Both the position numbers and the translations under genes were made by a program. DNA of 64,000 nt from Bacteroidia bacterium (lineage in GTDB: Bacteria; Bacteroidota; Bacteroidia; NS11-12g; UBA9320), in assembly GCA_965216465.1 (NCBI GenBank), contig CBDCFW010000006.1:1024001-1088000 (forward strand). Direction: 5' to 3'. The notes below the pieces were generated by a model. The model saw only the letters and a list, made by a program, of their open reading frames with translations, searched no databases and was not told the DNA's origin. This document shows positions 52,720 to 61,780 of this stretch, in pieces; within the stretch, counting starts at the first letter, position 1, and each line of letters opens with the position of its first letter.

Positions 52720-54126
52720 ATGAAAGTTAAATTTTGTGGGGCAGCACGTACGGTTACGGGCAGTTGTCATCTGATTACAACAGACGATGGAACCAATATT
52801 TTATTGGATTGTGGACTCTATCAAGGTAATGACCCTGATTTTGACGATTTTAATCAAGAGTGGGTGTTTGATCCAGCGGAAATCGATATAATGATATTAT
52901 CGCACAGTCATATCGACCATGCTGGCAGAATTCCTAAGTTAGTAAAAGATGGCTATAAAGGTGATATTATATGTACCAGTGCTACCAGAGATCTTGCGGC
53001 TATAATGCTTCTCGATTCGGCTTTTATTCAAGAAAAAGATAGTGCATGGATTAACAAGAAAAGAGCAAAGAAAGATTTGCCTCCTCTTAATCCTCTTTAT
53101 ACTGTTCCCGATGCCCAAAGAGCCATGGAACAGTTTGTTGGCATTGGGTACAAGCGATGGTATAGAATCAGTCCAAACATAGAGGTTCAATTCAATGATG
53201 CAGGACATATTTTAGGAAGCAGCAGCGTTACGCTTCGTATCGAAAAAGATCATGGTCATAAAGAGTATATTGGTTTTACTGGAGACATTGGAAGACCAGA
53301 TCGACCTATTCTTAGAGATCCTCAACCGATGCCGGCTTGTGACTACCTCATATGCGAATCAACCTATGGAGGACAGGAACATCAAGGAACACCAAATGAT
53401 GAAGACGACCTTCTCAAAGTAATTAAAAAAGCATGCGTTGAGAAAAAAGGAAAGCTAATAATTCCAGCATTTTCAGTAGGACGTACCCAAGAATTGGTGT
53501 ACATGATGGACCGATTGGAGACTAAAGGATTGTTGCCAAATATTCCAGTTTATGTCGATAGCCCTTTAGCAATTGACGCAACCGATATCTTCATTATGCA
53601 CCCGGAGTGCTATGATCAAGATATATTAGATTATATGGTCACTGATCCTAATCCTTTTGGATTTAGAAGACTTAAGTTTACTAAGAAATCGGATGCTAGT
53701 AAGGCCATCAATGAGTATAAAGGTCCTGCGATAATTATTTCAGCCAGTGGAATGATGCAAGCAGGCAGGGTGAAGCACCACCTGAATAACAACATTGAAG
53801 ATCCTCGAGCTACCATTTTAGTAGTCGGTTTTTGTGCTGAAGGTACCCTCGGCCGCTTAATTCGTGATGGAGCCGAAAAGGTTAAAATATTTGGTGATGA
53901 AAAAGAAGTGAATGCAGAAGTAGTTATAATGGATAGCTTCAGTGCCCATGGTGATCAAGAAGAAATGTTAGATTTCTTAGCGTTGCAAGACAAGAAAAAA
54001 CTAAAGAAAATATTCTTAGTTCATGGTGAAATTGATAGGCAAAAAGCATTCAAGGAAGCCATTCTTGAGAAAGGCTTTAAGAAGGTTGAAATTCCTGTTT
54101 TAGACCAAGTTTATAATATCGACTAG
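52720..54126 (+). CDS. MBL-fold beta-CASP hydrolase (RNA-processing nuclease family)
   Basis: VTGSCH, LLDCG, SHSHIDHAG, AGHILGS, ESTYG, FSAHGD and VHGE. Confidence 0.92.
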   Translation: MKVKFCGAARTVTGSCHLITTDDGTNILLDCGLYQGNDPDFDDFNQEWVFDPAEIDIMILSHSHIDHAGRIPKLVKDGYKGDIICTSATRDLAAIMLLDSAFIQEKDSAWINKKRAKKDLPPLNPLYTVPDAQRAMEQFVGIGYKRWYRISPNIEVQFNDAGHILGSSSVTLRIEKDHGHKEYIGFTGDIGRPDRPILRDPQPMPACDYLICESTYGGQEHQGTPNDEDDLLKVIKKACVEKKGKLIIPAFSVGRTQELVYMMDRLETKGLLPNIPVYVDSPLAIDATDIFIMHPECYDQDILDYMVTDPNPFGFRRLKFTKKSDASKAINEYKGPAIIISASGMMQAGRVKHHLNNNIEDPRATILVVGFCAEGTLGRLIRDGAEKVKIFGDEKEVNAEVVIMDSFSAHGDQEEMLDFLALQDKKKLKKIFLVHGEIDRQKAFKEAILEKGFKKVEIPVLDQVYNID

Positions 54127-54506
54127 TCGCCAAAGTATGACTTCATTGGTGTGAAGTAGTGGTCTATCCAACCTTGTTTGTATTGTTCACCATGTTCTGG
54201 CAAATTGGTATGAACGATTGTAACCTTTGTGCCGCTTGAAACTTTGTCGAACATCACTTCAATAGTCGAATGTTTCTCGTCAGCCGAAAATTCGCTAGTT
54301 CTCCAGAACTGCAAAATTCTGTTTTTAGGTTCAATTACAAGGTTGGTCCCGGAAATATATCCATCCCAAGCTGTAAATGTGTCACCAGGTTTGTCTGAAA
54401 CTTCGGCAGCACCTCCAGTCATTTCTGAATGTTTTTTACTGTCGAGCCAGGCTTTAAATACGTGCTTTCTTTTTGCAGGAATAATGTCGGAAACTGTAAA
54501 TTCCAT
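54123..54506 (-). CDS. SRPBCC/AHSA1-like domain protein
   Basis: VF.AWLD, FTAWDGYI.G, ILQ.WR and GW..HYF.PM. Confidence 0.85.
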   Translation of the reverse strand: MEFTVSDIIPAKRKHVFKAWLDSKKHSEMTGGAAEVSDKPGDTFTAWDGYISGTNLVIEPKNRILQFWRTSEFSADEKHSTIEVMFDKVSSGTKVTIVHTNLPEHGEQYKQGWIDHYFTPMKSYFGD

Positions 54507-54623
54507 CTGTGCAAGTTACAAAATGTTGGTTACAACTGCATATCTAGAAAGTTTAATGATTCTCAATTGACATAGAGCTTACACGTTTTTGTAACCATTT
54601 GGATCAGGAGGCGTAGAAGTAGC

Positions 54624-55088
54624 ATGAAGAGATTTGTATTGATAAGCATAATCTTATTTGCCCTACAAGTTGTTCAAGCTGAAAATTATCTGGTCCTCAA
54701 GCAACGAGGGGGTGATAAAGAAGTTGTAATACAAGAAGGAGAGATGGTGGTTATTAAAACAACCAATAAACGCAAACATCGTGGAAAGCTGCATGTTGTT
54801 TCTGAGCAAGTAGTTCGCATTCAGAACAAGTTGATTCTTATATCGAACATTGAAAGTGTTGGTAAGAAAAACATGTATATAAGTAGAGCCGCGGCCCTAA
54901 TCGTAACCAATGGAATGAACATGCTGTTATTCGGTTTTAACGACAATTTGAGAAACGGTTGGGGTGAACCAAGCGATCTTCACAAGGCAAGTGTGCCAAT
55001 GCTGAGTGTAGGAATTCCGCTTTTGGCAATAACTCGGAAAAGAAAAATCTGGAACTGGGAAGTTTCAGTTGAGATGCGAGAGGACTAA
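54624..55088 (+). CDS. Hypothetical exported/membrane protein
   Basis: Signal peptide and two C-terminal hydrophobic segments; no recognised family. Confidence 0.65.
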   Translation: MKRFVLISIILFALQVVQAENYLVLKQRGGDKEVVIQEGEMVVIKTTNKRKHRGKLHVVSEQVVRIQNKLILISNIESVGKKNMYISRAAALIVTNGMNMLLFGFNDNLRNGWGEPSDLHKASVPMLSVGIPLLAITRKRKIWNWEVSVEMRED

Positions 55089-56380
55089 CCTTTCATAATC
55101 GCTTCGATCTCATCAACTTCAATTGGCATTCCAACTTCGTCCATCATATCTACAGGACCGTTATCGGTAATTAGAATTTGATTTTCGATTCGAACACCAA
55201 TTCCTTCTTCGTTGATGTAGATTCCTGGTTCGCAAGAGAATGTCATTCCTGCTTGCATAGGCTCATAACGCATTCCGCTATCATGAACATCAATTCCTAA
55301 GAAGTGGCTGGTTCCATGCATAAAATACTTTTTCACCGCTGGCCAGTTTGGGTCTTCGTTGGCTACATCTTCTTTGGTAAGCAAACCTAGTCCAATAAGT
55401 TCTTCGGTCATCAGTCCTTCTACTTCCTTTTGGTATTCCATGAGCATGGTGCCTGGAACTAGCTTTTGGCGTGCTTGTTTCATTACTCTAAGCGTAGCAT
55501 TGTAAACATCCGCTTGGCGAGGTGAGAATGTTCCATTCGCAGGTAAGCAACGGGTCATGTCGCTGGCATAGTTTGCGTAATCCACTCCGCAGTCAACCAA
55601 GATTAAGTGACCATCTTTAACTTCTTTATTGTTTTCGATATAGTGCAAAGTGCAGGCTGCTGGTCCACTGGCTACAATTGGCTCAAAGCTAAATCCATTG
55701 CCTCTATTGCGAAGAAATTCATGGGCTAATTCGGCTTCAATCTCATGCTCCCATACACCTGGTTTAACAAACTTCATAATACGCTCCCAACCCATTTTCG
55801 AAATCTTAACCGCTTCTCGCATAACCTCTAGTTCAGTAGCAGTTTTAATTGATCGTAAACGTTGAAGAATCTTTCCTGCTCTTTTATAGGTGTGAAGCGG
55901 ATAAAGTTCTTTCAACTCGTTTGCAAAATCTAAAGCTTTATTTGGAGACTTAGGAGAGAAACGATCGTTCTCATTCAATGGCAAGTAAATATTATCTGCC
56001 ATGTTAATGATTTGACGAAGCTTTTGCATATAGCCATCATTCCAGAAAACATTAGCAATTCCACTGGTTGCGGTTGCATCAGCTTTAGTGTATTTATATC
56101 CTTCCCAAATAGCAATGTGCTCGTTGGTTTCCATCAAGAATAAACATTCTCTATACTCCGGAATCGGACAATCCGGGAAGAGAACCAAAACACTATCTTC
56201 TTGGTCAATTCCGCACATCCAAAAAATATCAGAATTCTGCTTGAACTTGTACATCGCATCTCCATTCCAGCTATACTGATAATTGCTGTGAAAAATTGCA
56301 ATGCTGTTTGGCTCCATTTGAGCTACAAAACGCTTTCTATTTTCTATAAATATTTGATTGTTGAGTCGTGGATATTTCAT
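55085..56380 (-). CDS. pepP: Xaa-Pro aminopeptidase (aminopeptidase P, M24B)
   Basis: AMP_N domain, LHY, DCG..Y.SD.TR, HGTSHFLGIDVHD, EPGIY and GVRIEN. TAGGTTTG at 56394-56387 supports ATG 56380. Confidence 0.92.
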   Translation of the reverse strand: MKYPRLNNQIFIENRKRFVAQMEPNSIAIFHSNYQYSWNGDAMYKFKQNSDIFWMCGIDQEDSVLVLFPDCPIPEYRECLFLMETNEHIAIWEGYKYTKADATATSGIANVFWNDGYMQKLRQIINMADNIYLPLNENDRFSPKSPNKALDFANELKELYPLHTYKRAGKILQRLRSIKTATELEVMREAVKISKMGWERIMKFVKPGVWEHEIEAELAHEFLRNRGNGFSFEPIVASGPAACTLHYIENNKEVKDGHLILVDCGVDYANYASDMTRCLPANGTFSPRQADVYNATLRVMKQARQKLVPGTMLMEYQKEVEGLMTEELIGLGLLTKEDVANEDPNWPAVKKYFMHGTSHFLGIDVHDSGMRYEPMQAGMTFSCEPGIYINEEGIGVRIENQILITDNGPVDMMDEVGMPIEVDEIEAIMKG

Positions 56381-56544
56381 GGGTAGCAAACCTACATAAA
56401 TTTTTGCATTAGCCTACCTAAATTCTAGGCTTAGGCATAAAATTTGAATGCATTTTAAATATTTAAATAAATTTGTTCTGACACAGTTGTGACATTGAAA
56501 GTGTTTACCAAAGTGTACATTTTAGCATTAACTAGAAAAGCATC

Positions 56545-58515
56545 ATGAAACGAATATTAACTCTCACATTAATTCTGGTCTTTAACCTTGGATTTTTCCA
56601 GGCAAAGGCACCAATCAAGAAACTGGCTTTAATTGTTGCTATAGGCAACTATGAAGAAGCAACCGGATGGAAGAAGATTTCTTCGTTGAACGATGTTGCA
56701 CTAATTTCAGGGGCACTTGAATCTCAAGGATTTTCAAAATCTGATATCAAAGTTATTCGTGACGCGGAGGCATCAAAAGCAGGAATTATACAAGCACTAA
56801 AAGATCTTGAAAATCGCGCTGAAAAAGGAGATATTGTTGTGGTACATTTTAGCAGTCACGGACAGCAAATCGAAGACAACAACCGCGATGAATTGGATGG
56901 ATTAGACGAAGCTATAGTTGGCTTTGGGGCTCCAGCATACTTCGATGAGGGGTACAACGGTGAAAACCATTTAAGAGATGAGGAACTTGGTGAAAGATTG
57001 GATGATATCCGTCAAAAGATAGGAAAAGAGGGGGATGTTCTGGTTCTTGTAGATGCTTGCCACAGTGGAACAGCAACACGAGGGCCTGAAATTCCACGTG
57101 GAGGAGTAGGACCATATGTCAGCAAAAACTTCAAGAAGAAAGTTGTTGAGCATCAAGATATTGGAATGTTCGAAAAGAATAACCCGATGTCAAGAGGGTC
57201 TTCAGACATGGCTCCAATGGTTGTTATTAGCGGTTCACGAGCGGATGAAACCAATAAGGAGTTTAATGGTGCCGGATCTTTGTCGGTAGCTTTTTCAAGA
57301 AGCTTCAACAATTTAAACAGCAACTATTCATACAGAACACTCTTCAGCAAAATTGCTAAAGAAATGAGTGTAATTGCACCTAAACAAACCCCTGCCATTG
57401 AAGGAGATATCGATCGATTATTGTTTGGTGGAGAAGTGGTTTCTCAGGAGCTGTACTATGGCGTTCTAAGCTTAGATGAAGACGCAATTGTGATTAACGG
57501 TGGTGTGTTTACCGGTTTGAACGAAGAAACTACGATTAAAATATACCCAAGCGGCACGATCAATACCAAAGGTGTTGAACCAATAACAACTGGAACAATA
57601 TCTTTTGCTGAAGGCTTTGAATCGAATGCGATTTTAGATAAGCCGCTCGAAGGAAACGCATCAGATTACTGGGTTTTTATTGATGAGAAAACATTTGGAG
57701 ATGTAACAATCAAAGTGAGCTTGGATAAGATCGATGATAGAACTTTAAAGCAAAACCTTACCACTTTCTTTGAAGGATATCCTTTAGCTAATGTAAGCTC
57801 TGACGCTGAATTTTATCTGGATGAAGCAGGAAGCAGAGTAAAACTGGTTCGCGTGAGTAACGATGAAACATTCAAAAATCAAATTCCAGTGAATGATGGG
57901 TTTAGAAAGCTTAAGTCTACCCTTTCGAGCTATGCTCAAGGCAAGTTTTTAAAAGGACTTGAATTGAGTAATCCAGATTACAATATTGAGCTTCAACTTA
58001 TTCCAGTTAAGATGAAAGGGAATACTGTTGGTGATACTCTTGATATTGAAACCAAGCTTGACGACGGAGGGATGGCTGCTTTCAGTACCAAAGACACTGT
58101 GATTATTCGTTTGATAAACAACTCAACCTTCCCAGTATATTTCAACATTATTGATATTCAACCTGATGGTAAGATTAACCCAATTTTGCCAAATCCAAGA
58201 AAAAGTCACAACCCTGTAGACTTTAGAATTGGGGCAGGTGAAACCTTTGATGTTAGAGGAAAATATGTACACTTTAGTCCGCCATATGGAGTAGAGACAT
58301 TCAAGGTGTTTGCCAGCTATCAACCGCTCAATTTCTCACCAATCTTTATGACCAAAGGAGGTGGAAGCAGCACTCGCGGAAACTTGAGCAATGAGGTAGA
58401 AAAGTTATTTGCAGACAGTTATTCTATGAGCAGAGGAGCTGATGTTGGAAGCCTAAGTGCGAGCACGGATGCATGTACGTTCTCCTACACATTTAAAATA
58501 GTTAGACCTAATTAA
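56545..58515 (+). CDS. Exported caspase-family (C14, orthocaspase/metacaspase-like) protease with C-terminal beta-sandwich (DUF4384-like) domain
   Basis: Signal peptide, KLALIVAIGNY, HFSSHGQQ (catalytic His), DELDGLDE, DACHSGT (catalytic Cys) and QTP.IEG; C-terminal IIDIQPDG.I...P...PYG.E.FKVFAS. Confidence 0.88.
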   Translation: MKRILTLTLILVFNLGFFQAKAPIKKLALIVAIGNYEEATGWKKISSLNDVALISGALESQGFSKSDIKVIRDAEASKAGIIQALKDLENRAEKGDIVVVHFSSHGQQIEDNNRDELDGLDEAIVGFGAPAYFDEGYNGENHLRDEELGERLDDIRQKIGKEGDVLVLVDACHSGTATRGPEIPRGGVGPYVSKNFKKKVVEHQDIGMFEKNNPMSRGSSDMAPMVVISGSRADETNKEFNGAGSLSVAFSRSFNNLNSNYSYRTLFSKIAKEMSVIAPKQTPAIEGDIDRLLFGGEVVSQELYYGVLSLDEDAIVINGGVFTGLNEETTIKIYPSGTINTKGVEPITTGTISFAEGFESNAILDKPLEGNASDYWVFIDEKTFGDVTIKVSLDKIDDRTLKQNLTTFFEGYPLANVSSDAEFYLDEAGSRVKLVRVSNDETFKNQIPVNDGFRKLKSTLSSYAQGKFLKGLELSNPDYNIELQLIPVKMKGNTVGDTLDIETKLDDGGMAAFSTKDTVIIRLINNSTFPVYFNIIDIQPDGKINPILPNPRKSHNPVDFRIGAGETFDVRGKYVHFSPPYGVETFKVFASYQPLNFSPIFMTKGGGSSTRGNLSNEVEKLFADSYSMSRGADVGSLSASTDACTFSYTFKIVRPN

Positions 58516-58526
58516 TAAAGTAAATC

Positions 58527-60140
58527 ATGAAAAATAAATTAACCCTACTAATAATCGGCTTGCTTTTATCAAGTATGAGTTTTGCTCAAGACACTTTAAA
58601 AGGCAAACCAGAACCAAAATCCTTTCCCTTTGGGAATCCAATGGATACCGCTTCGCGCGGCTTCTATGGAATTGATGATCGTAAAGAAGTAGAAGACATC
58701 GATTGGATTAAGGATTACACCAGAGCTACGGCGGTGATGATAAGAAAGAAAGATCTCAAAGGGAACAAGCTTTATGCGCCTACTTTACGTCAAGAACTTG
58801 AATATGCTCATAAAACCAAAAAATTTGAAGGTGTTCGTTACCTAGACCAACCTATAGCCGCATACTGCACTGGGTTTTTAATAGCTCCAGATATTATGGT
58901 TACTGCAGGCCATTGTATAGAAACCATGGATGATGCAGATGACTACCTGTGGCTTTTTGATTACACGATTGAAAATAACTACAATCCAAGAACGGGTTAT
59001 TTGACTGTTGATCTTAACAATGTGTACCGCGTTACTGAAATAATGGATGCCTTGCTTTATGACGGAGCTCAGTTTGATGAAGATCTAAATCTGGTGGATG
59101 TAAGTTACGATTATTCATTCATGAAGCTTGATCGAGAATCTGACCGCAGACCATATCGTTTCAGAACGGGTGGAACAGTTGGATTATTTACTGATATGTA
59201 CACCATTGGTTGTCCGTCAGGCCTTCCCCTCAAACTTACAGATAATGCGTTTGTAGTTGGAAACAGTGAGAACGAATGGTTTAAAACCAATATTGATGGA
59301 TTCCCCGGGAATTCTGGAGGGCCCGTTTTTGATGAATTGGGATGGATTGAAGGCATTCATGTGAGAGGCAGTATTAAGTATTCTAAAGAGCGTAAAAAAT
59401 GGACTGGAGACTATATCTACGACAAAGATTGTGACTGTGTTAAAACAGTAAGTTGGTACGGAACTTATCAACCAACCGATGCAGAAAATTATGTAATTGG
59501 TTCTCATGAGCATCGCATCGGTTCAATTAAGAAAAGGTCAATTTTGGTCGAAGCGATTTACAACAATGTAGATTGGGCATTACGCCATAATGATAAAGAT
59601 AGACTAGATTTTTGGTTGGCTTACAGTTGGATTGTAGAATCTGATTACACAGCAGGTCGGGGCAAATTTGAACAGACAGCTGTCAAATTGAATAATCTTG
59701 AAATGCTGAAAAGACTACAAGATTTTGGAGGAAGTGTTAAGCTGTTAGATGAGAATGGTCGGAGCTTTATTTTTAACGCGATTGAGCACAAAAATGCTGA
59801 TATGCTACAATATTTGTTGCGTAAAGGAGTTAGTCCTAACAAAGCTGATTCAAAAGGAGTTTATCCTATTCAGTATGCGATGGATAAGTATCAAATCGAC
59901 ATGGTTAACATGTTGATTGAAAGAGGAGCAAAGGTTAACGTTAAAAATGGATATGGAAGCAGTTTGTTGCACGAGGCCGTTGAAATGGATAACATGGAAC
60001 TGGTAAGATTGCTCATAGCGAATGGTGCTGATCACAATGCTGAAGATGTTGATGGCTTAACTCCATTCAAATTAGCGAAGAAAAGAAAATACAAAAGCCT
60101 AAAGAAGTACTTGAAAAAAGTAAAGAAAGGCAAAGCCTAA
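58527..60140 (+). CDS. Exported trypsin-fold (S1, V8-like) serine protease with C-terminal ankyrin repeats, paralog 1
   Basis: Signal peptide ending FA-Q, G.DDR N-terminal motif, CTGFLI, TAGHC (His), DYSF (Asp) and GNSGGP (Ser); ankyrin repeats (G.SLLHEAV...LLIANGAD.N..D..G.TP). Confidence 0.88.
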   Translation: MKNKLTLLIIGLLLSSMSFAQDTLKGKPEPKSFPFGNPMDTASRGFYGIDDRKEVEDIDWIKDYTRATAVMIRKKDLKGNKLYAPTLRQELEYAHKTKKFEGVRYLDQPIAAYCTGFLIAPDIMVTAGHCIETMDDADDYLWLFDYTIENNYNPRTGYLTVDLNNVYRVTEIMDALLYDGAQFDEDLNLVDVSYDYSFMKLDRESDRRPYRFRTGGTVGLFTDMYTIGCPSGLPLKLTDNAFVVGNSENEWFKTNIDGFPGNSGGPVFDELGWIEGIHVRGSIKYSKERKKWTGDYIYDKDCDCVKTVSWYGTYQPTDAENYVIGSHEHRIGSIKKRSILVEAIYNNVDWALRHNDKDRLDFWLAYSWIVESDYTAGRGKFEQTAVKLNNLEMLKRLQDFGGSVKLLDENGRSFIFNAIEHKNADMLQYLLRKGVSPNKADSKGVYPIQYAMDKYQIDMVNMLIERGAKVNVKNGYGSSLLHEAVEMDNMELVRLLIANGADHNAEDVDGLTPFKLAKKRKYKSLKKYLKKVKKGKA

Positions 60141-60143
60141 ATC

Positions 60144-61703
60144 ATGAGAATTCTCTTATCCATATTCTTAATTAGCCTTACAATTTGGTCTATTGCACAG
60201 GTCAAACCTGAAACAGAAGCGTACGAGTTCCCTTACGGAGATTTGGCAGACACTTCACGCGGGGTATTTGGCGATGACAATAGAAAAGAGGTTAAGGATG
60301 CAACGGAGTATCATCAGCTTGTTAGAGCAACCGCGGTGATGGTTCACAAGGATAAGATTCGAGGAAATAAAATATACAGTGAAACACTTCGTTCACGTTT
60401 GTCGCGAAAGTTTAATACAGATAGCTTTCATGAAAATGTGAAGTTTTTAGATCAACCGACTTGTGCAACATGTACAGGATTTTTGATTGCTCCTGATATT
60501 TTAGTAACAGCAGGGCATTGCATCGAAAAGCTTGAAGATGCAAAAAACTACGTATGGGTGTTTGACTATACTTTAGAAAAAAACTACAACGCATTTGCAG
60601 GCTATATTACGATTGATACTGCGGATATTTATTCCGTGACAGAAGTAATGGGGGCTTATTTTCAGTCGCTGAGTACCTATACCGATTACTCCTTTTTACG
60701 ATTGAATAAGAAGTCGAGTAGAGAACCCTATCATTTTAGAACAAGCGGTAAGGTGGCAAACTATAGCAATGTTTATACGATTGGATCTCCAACAGGATTG
60801 CCCCTAAAACTTGCAGACAATGCTTGGGTGGTGAACAATAGCTATGAAAGCTGGTTCAGAAACAGCATTGACGGATTTCCAGGAAACTCTGGTGGACCTG
60901 TATTTAACGAATATGGTCTCATTGAAGGAATTCATGTTCGAGGAGCAGTAGAATTAGCGGGTAAAAATTATACCGGCGACTATAAGTTCGATAGTACATG
61001 CAATTGTGTTAAAACAGTTCAATGGAGCTCAACTTGGGGAACTGAAGGTTCGCATGCTCATCGTATTACTGCCGTTCCTACGGAATTACTGCACGAAGCA
61101 CTGTATGGCAACTTTGTTTATGCCATTGATAATGGTGACATGGAGCGGTTGGAAGATTGGCTTGCCTATTCGTGGTTTACAAATTCTGAAATGGCACAGA
61201 AGCGAGGACGTTTTGAGTTTATGGTAGCAGAGAAAAACAACCTTGAAATGTTGAAACTTATCTTAGACCACAGTTTAAATCCAAGGGTAGTTGATTCAAA
61301 TGGTAAAAGTCTTTTGTTCTATGCTATGAATAACGACAATGAAGAAATGCTACGCTACCTATTACGTAAAGGAGTTAGCCCCAACAAAAGAGATAATCAA
61401 GAAAATTTGGTGTTGACAGAAGCAATAAGACAATCCAAGATCCCTATTGCACGAGCACTTATTGAACGAGGTGCAAATGTTAATGCAATAGATCATACAG
61501 GTGAAAATGCGTTACACATTGCGGCTCGAACCTGGAGTGTTGAATGGGTTGGGATGATTATAGCCAAAGGCGGAGATTATTCTATAAAAAATGAACAGGG
61601 TTGGGATGCGATTAAAATAGCGCGAAAGTCAAAAAATAAAGATGTTAAGCGTTATCTCAAACTTGTAAAAAAAGGCAAATTGCCGAGCATGATTTCAATC
61701 TGA
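60144..61703 (+). CDS. Exported trypsin-fold (S1, V8-like) serine protease with C-terminal ankyrin repeats, paralog 2
   Basis: Signal peptide ending IA-Q, GVFGDDNR, CTGFLI, TAGHC, DYSF and GNSGGP; ankyrin repeats (LIERGANVNAID..GENALHIAA). Collinear with paralog 1. Confidence 0.88.
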   Translation: MRILLSIFLISLTIWSIAQVKPETEAYEFPYGDLADTSRGVFGDDNRKEVKDATEYHQLVRATAVMVHKDKIRGNKIYSETLRSRLSRKFNTDSFHENVKFLDQPTCATCTGFLIAPDILVTAGHCIEKLEDAKNYVWVFDYTLEKNYNAFAGYITIDTADIYSVTEVMGAYFQSLSTYTDYSFLRLNKKSSREPYHFRTSGKVANYSNVYTIGSPTGLPLKLADNAWVVNNSYESWFRNSIDGFPGNSGGPVFNEYGLIEGIHVRGAVELAGKNYTGDYKFDSTCNCVKTVQWSSTWGTEGSHAHRITAVPTELLHEALYGNFVYAIDNGDMERLEDWLAYSWFTNSEMAQKRGRFEFMVAEKNNLEMLKLILDHSLNPRVVDSNGKSLLFYAMNNDNEEMLRYLLRKGVSPNKRDNQENLVLTEAIRQSKIPIARALIERGANVNAIDHTGENALHIAARTWSVEWVGMIIAKGGDYSIKNEQGWDAIKIARKSKNKDVKRYLKLVKKGKLPSMISI

Positions 61704-61780
61704 AAAAAATGCATTTTGGGTCATTAAGAATGGCAACTATCCCTTTTGTTTTTGTTACCTTTGGGACTTTGATTTAAGAA

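Noticed and set aside
56409-56520. Short inverted and direct repeats upstream of the caspase operon (agccta/taggct; aaagtgt twice)
   Set aside because: They are 6-7 bp matches in AT-rich DNA, expected by chance, and no cognate regulator is evident.
56545-61703. Known caspase-linked defence system (gasdermin, type III CRISPR-associated, CBASS, Avs)
   Set aside because: No gasdermin, cyclase, NTPase or cas gene is adjacent, and all three proteins have signal peptides, unlike those cytoplasmic systems.
36115-61703. Peptidase-rich stretch as a single functional island
   Set aside because: The C1, M1, M28, S41 and M24 genes are scattered among housekeeping genes on both strands, which is normal for proteolytic Bacteroidota; only the caspase operon forms a coherent unit.
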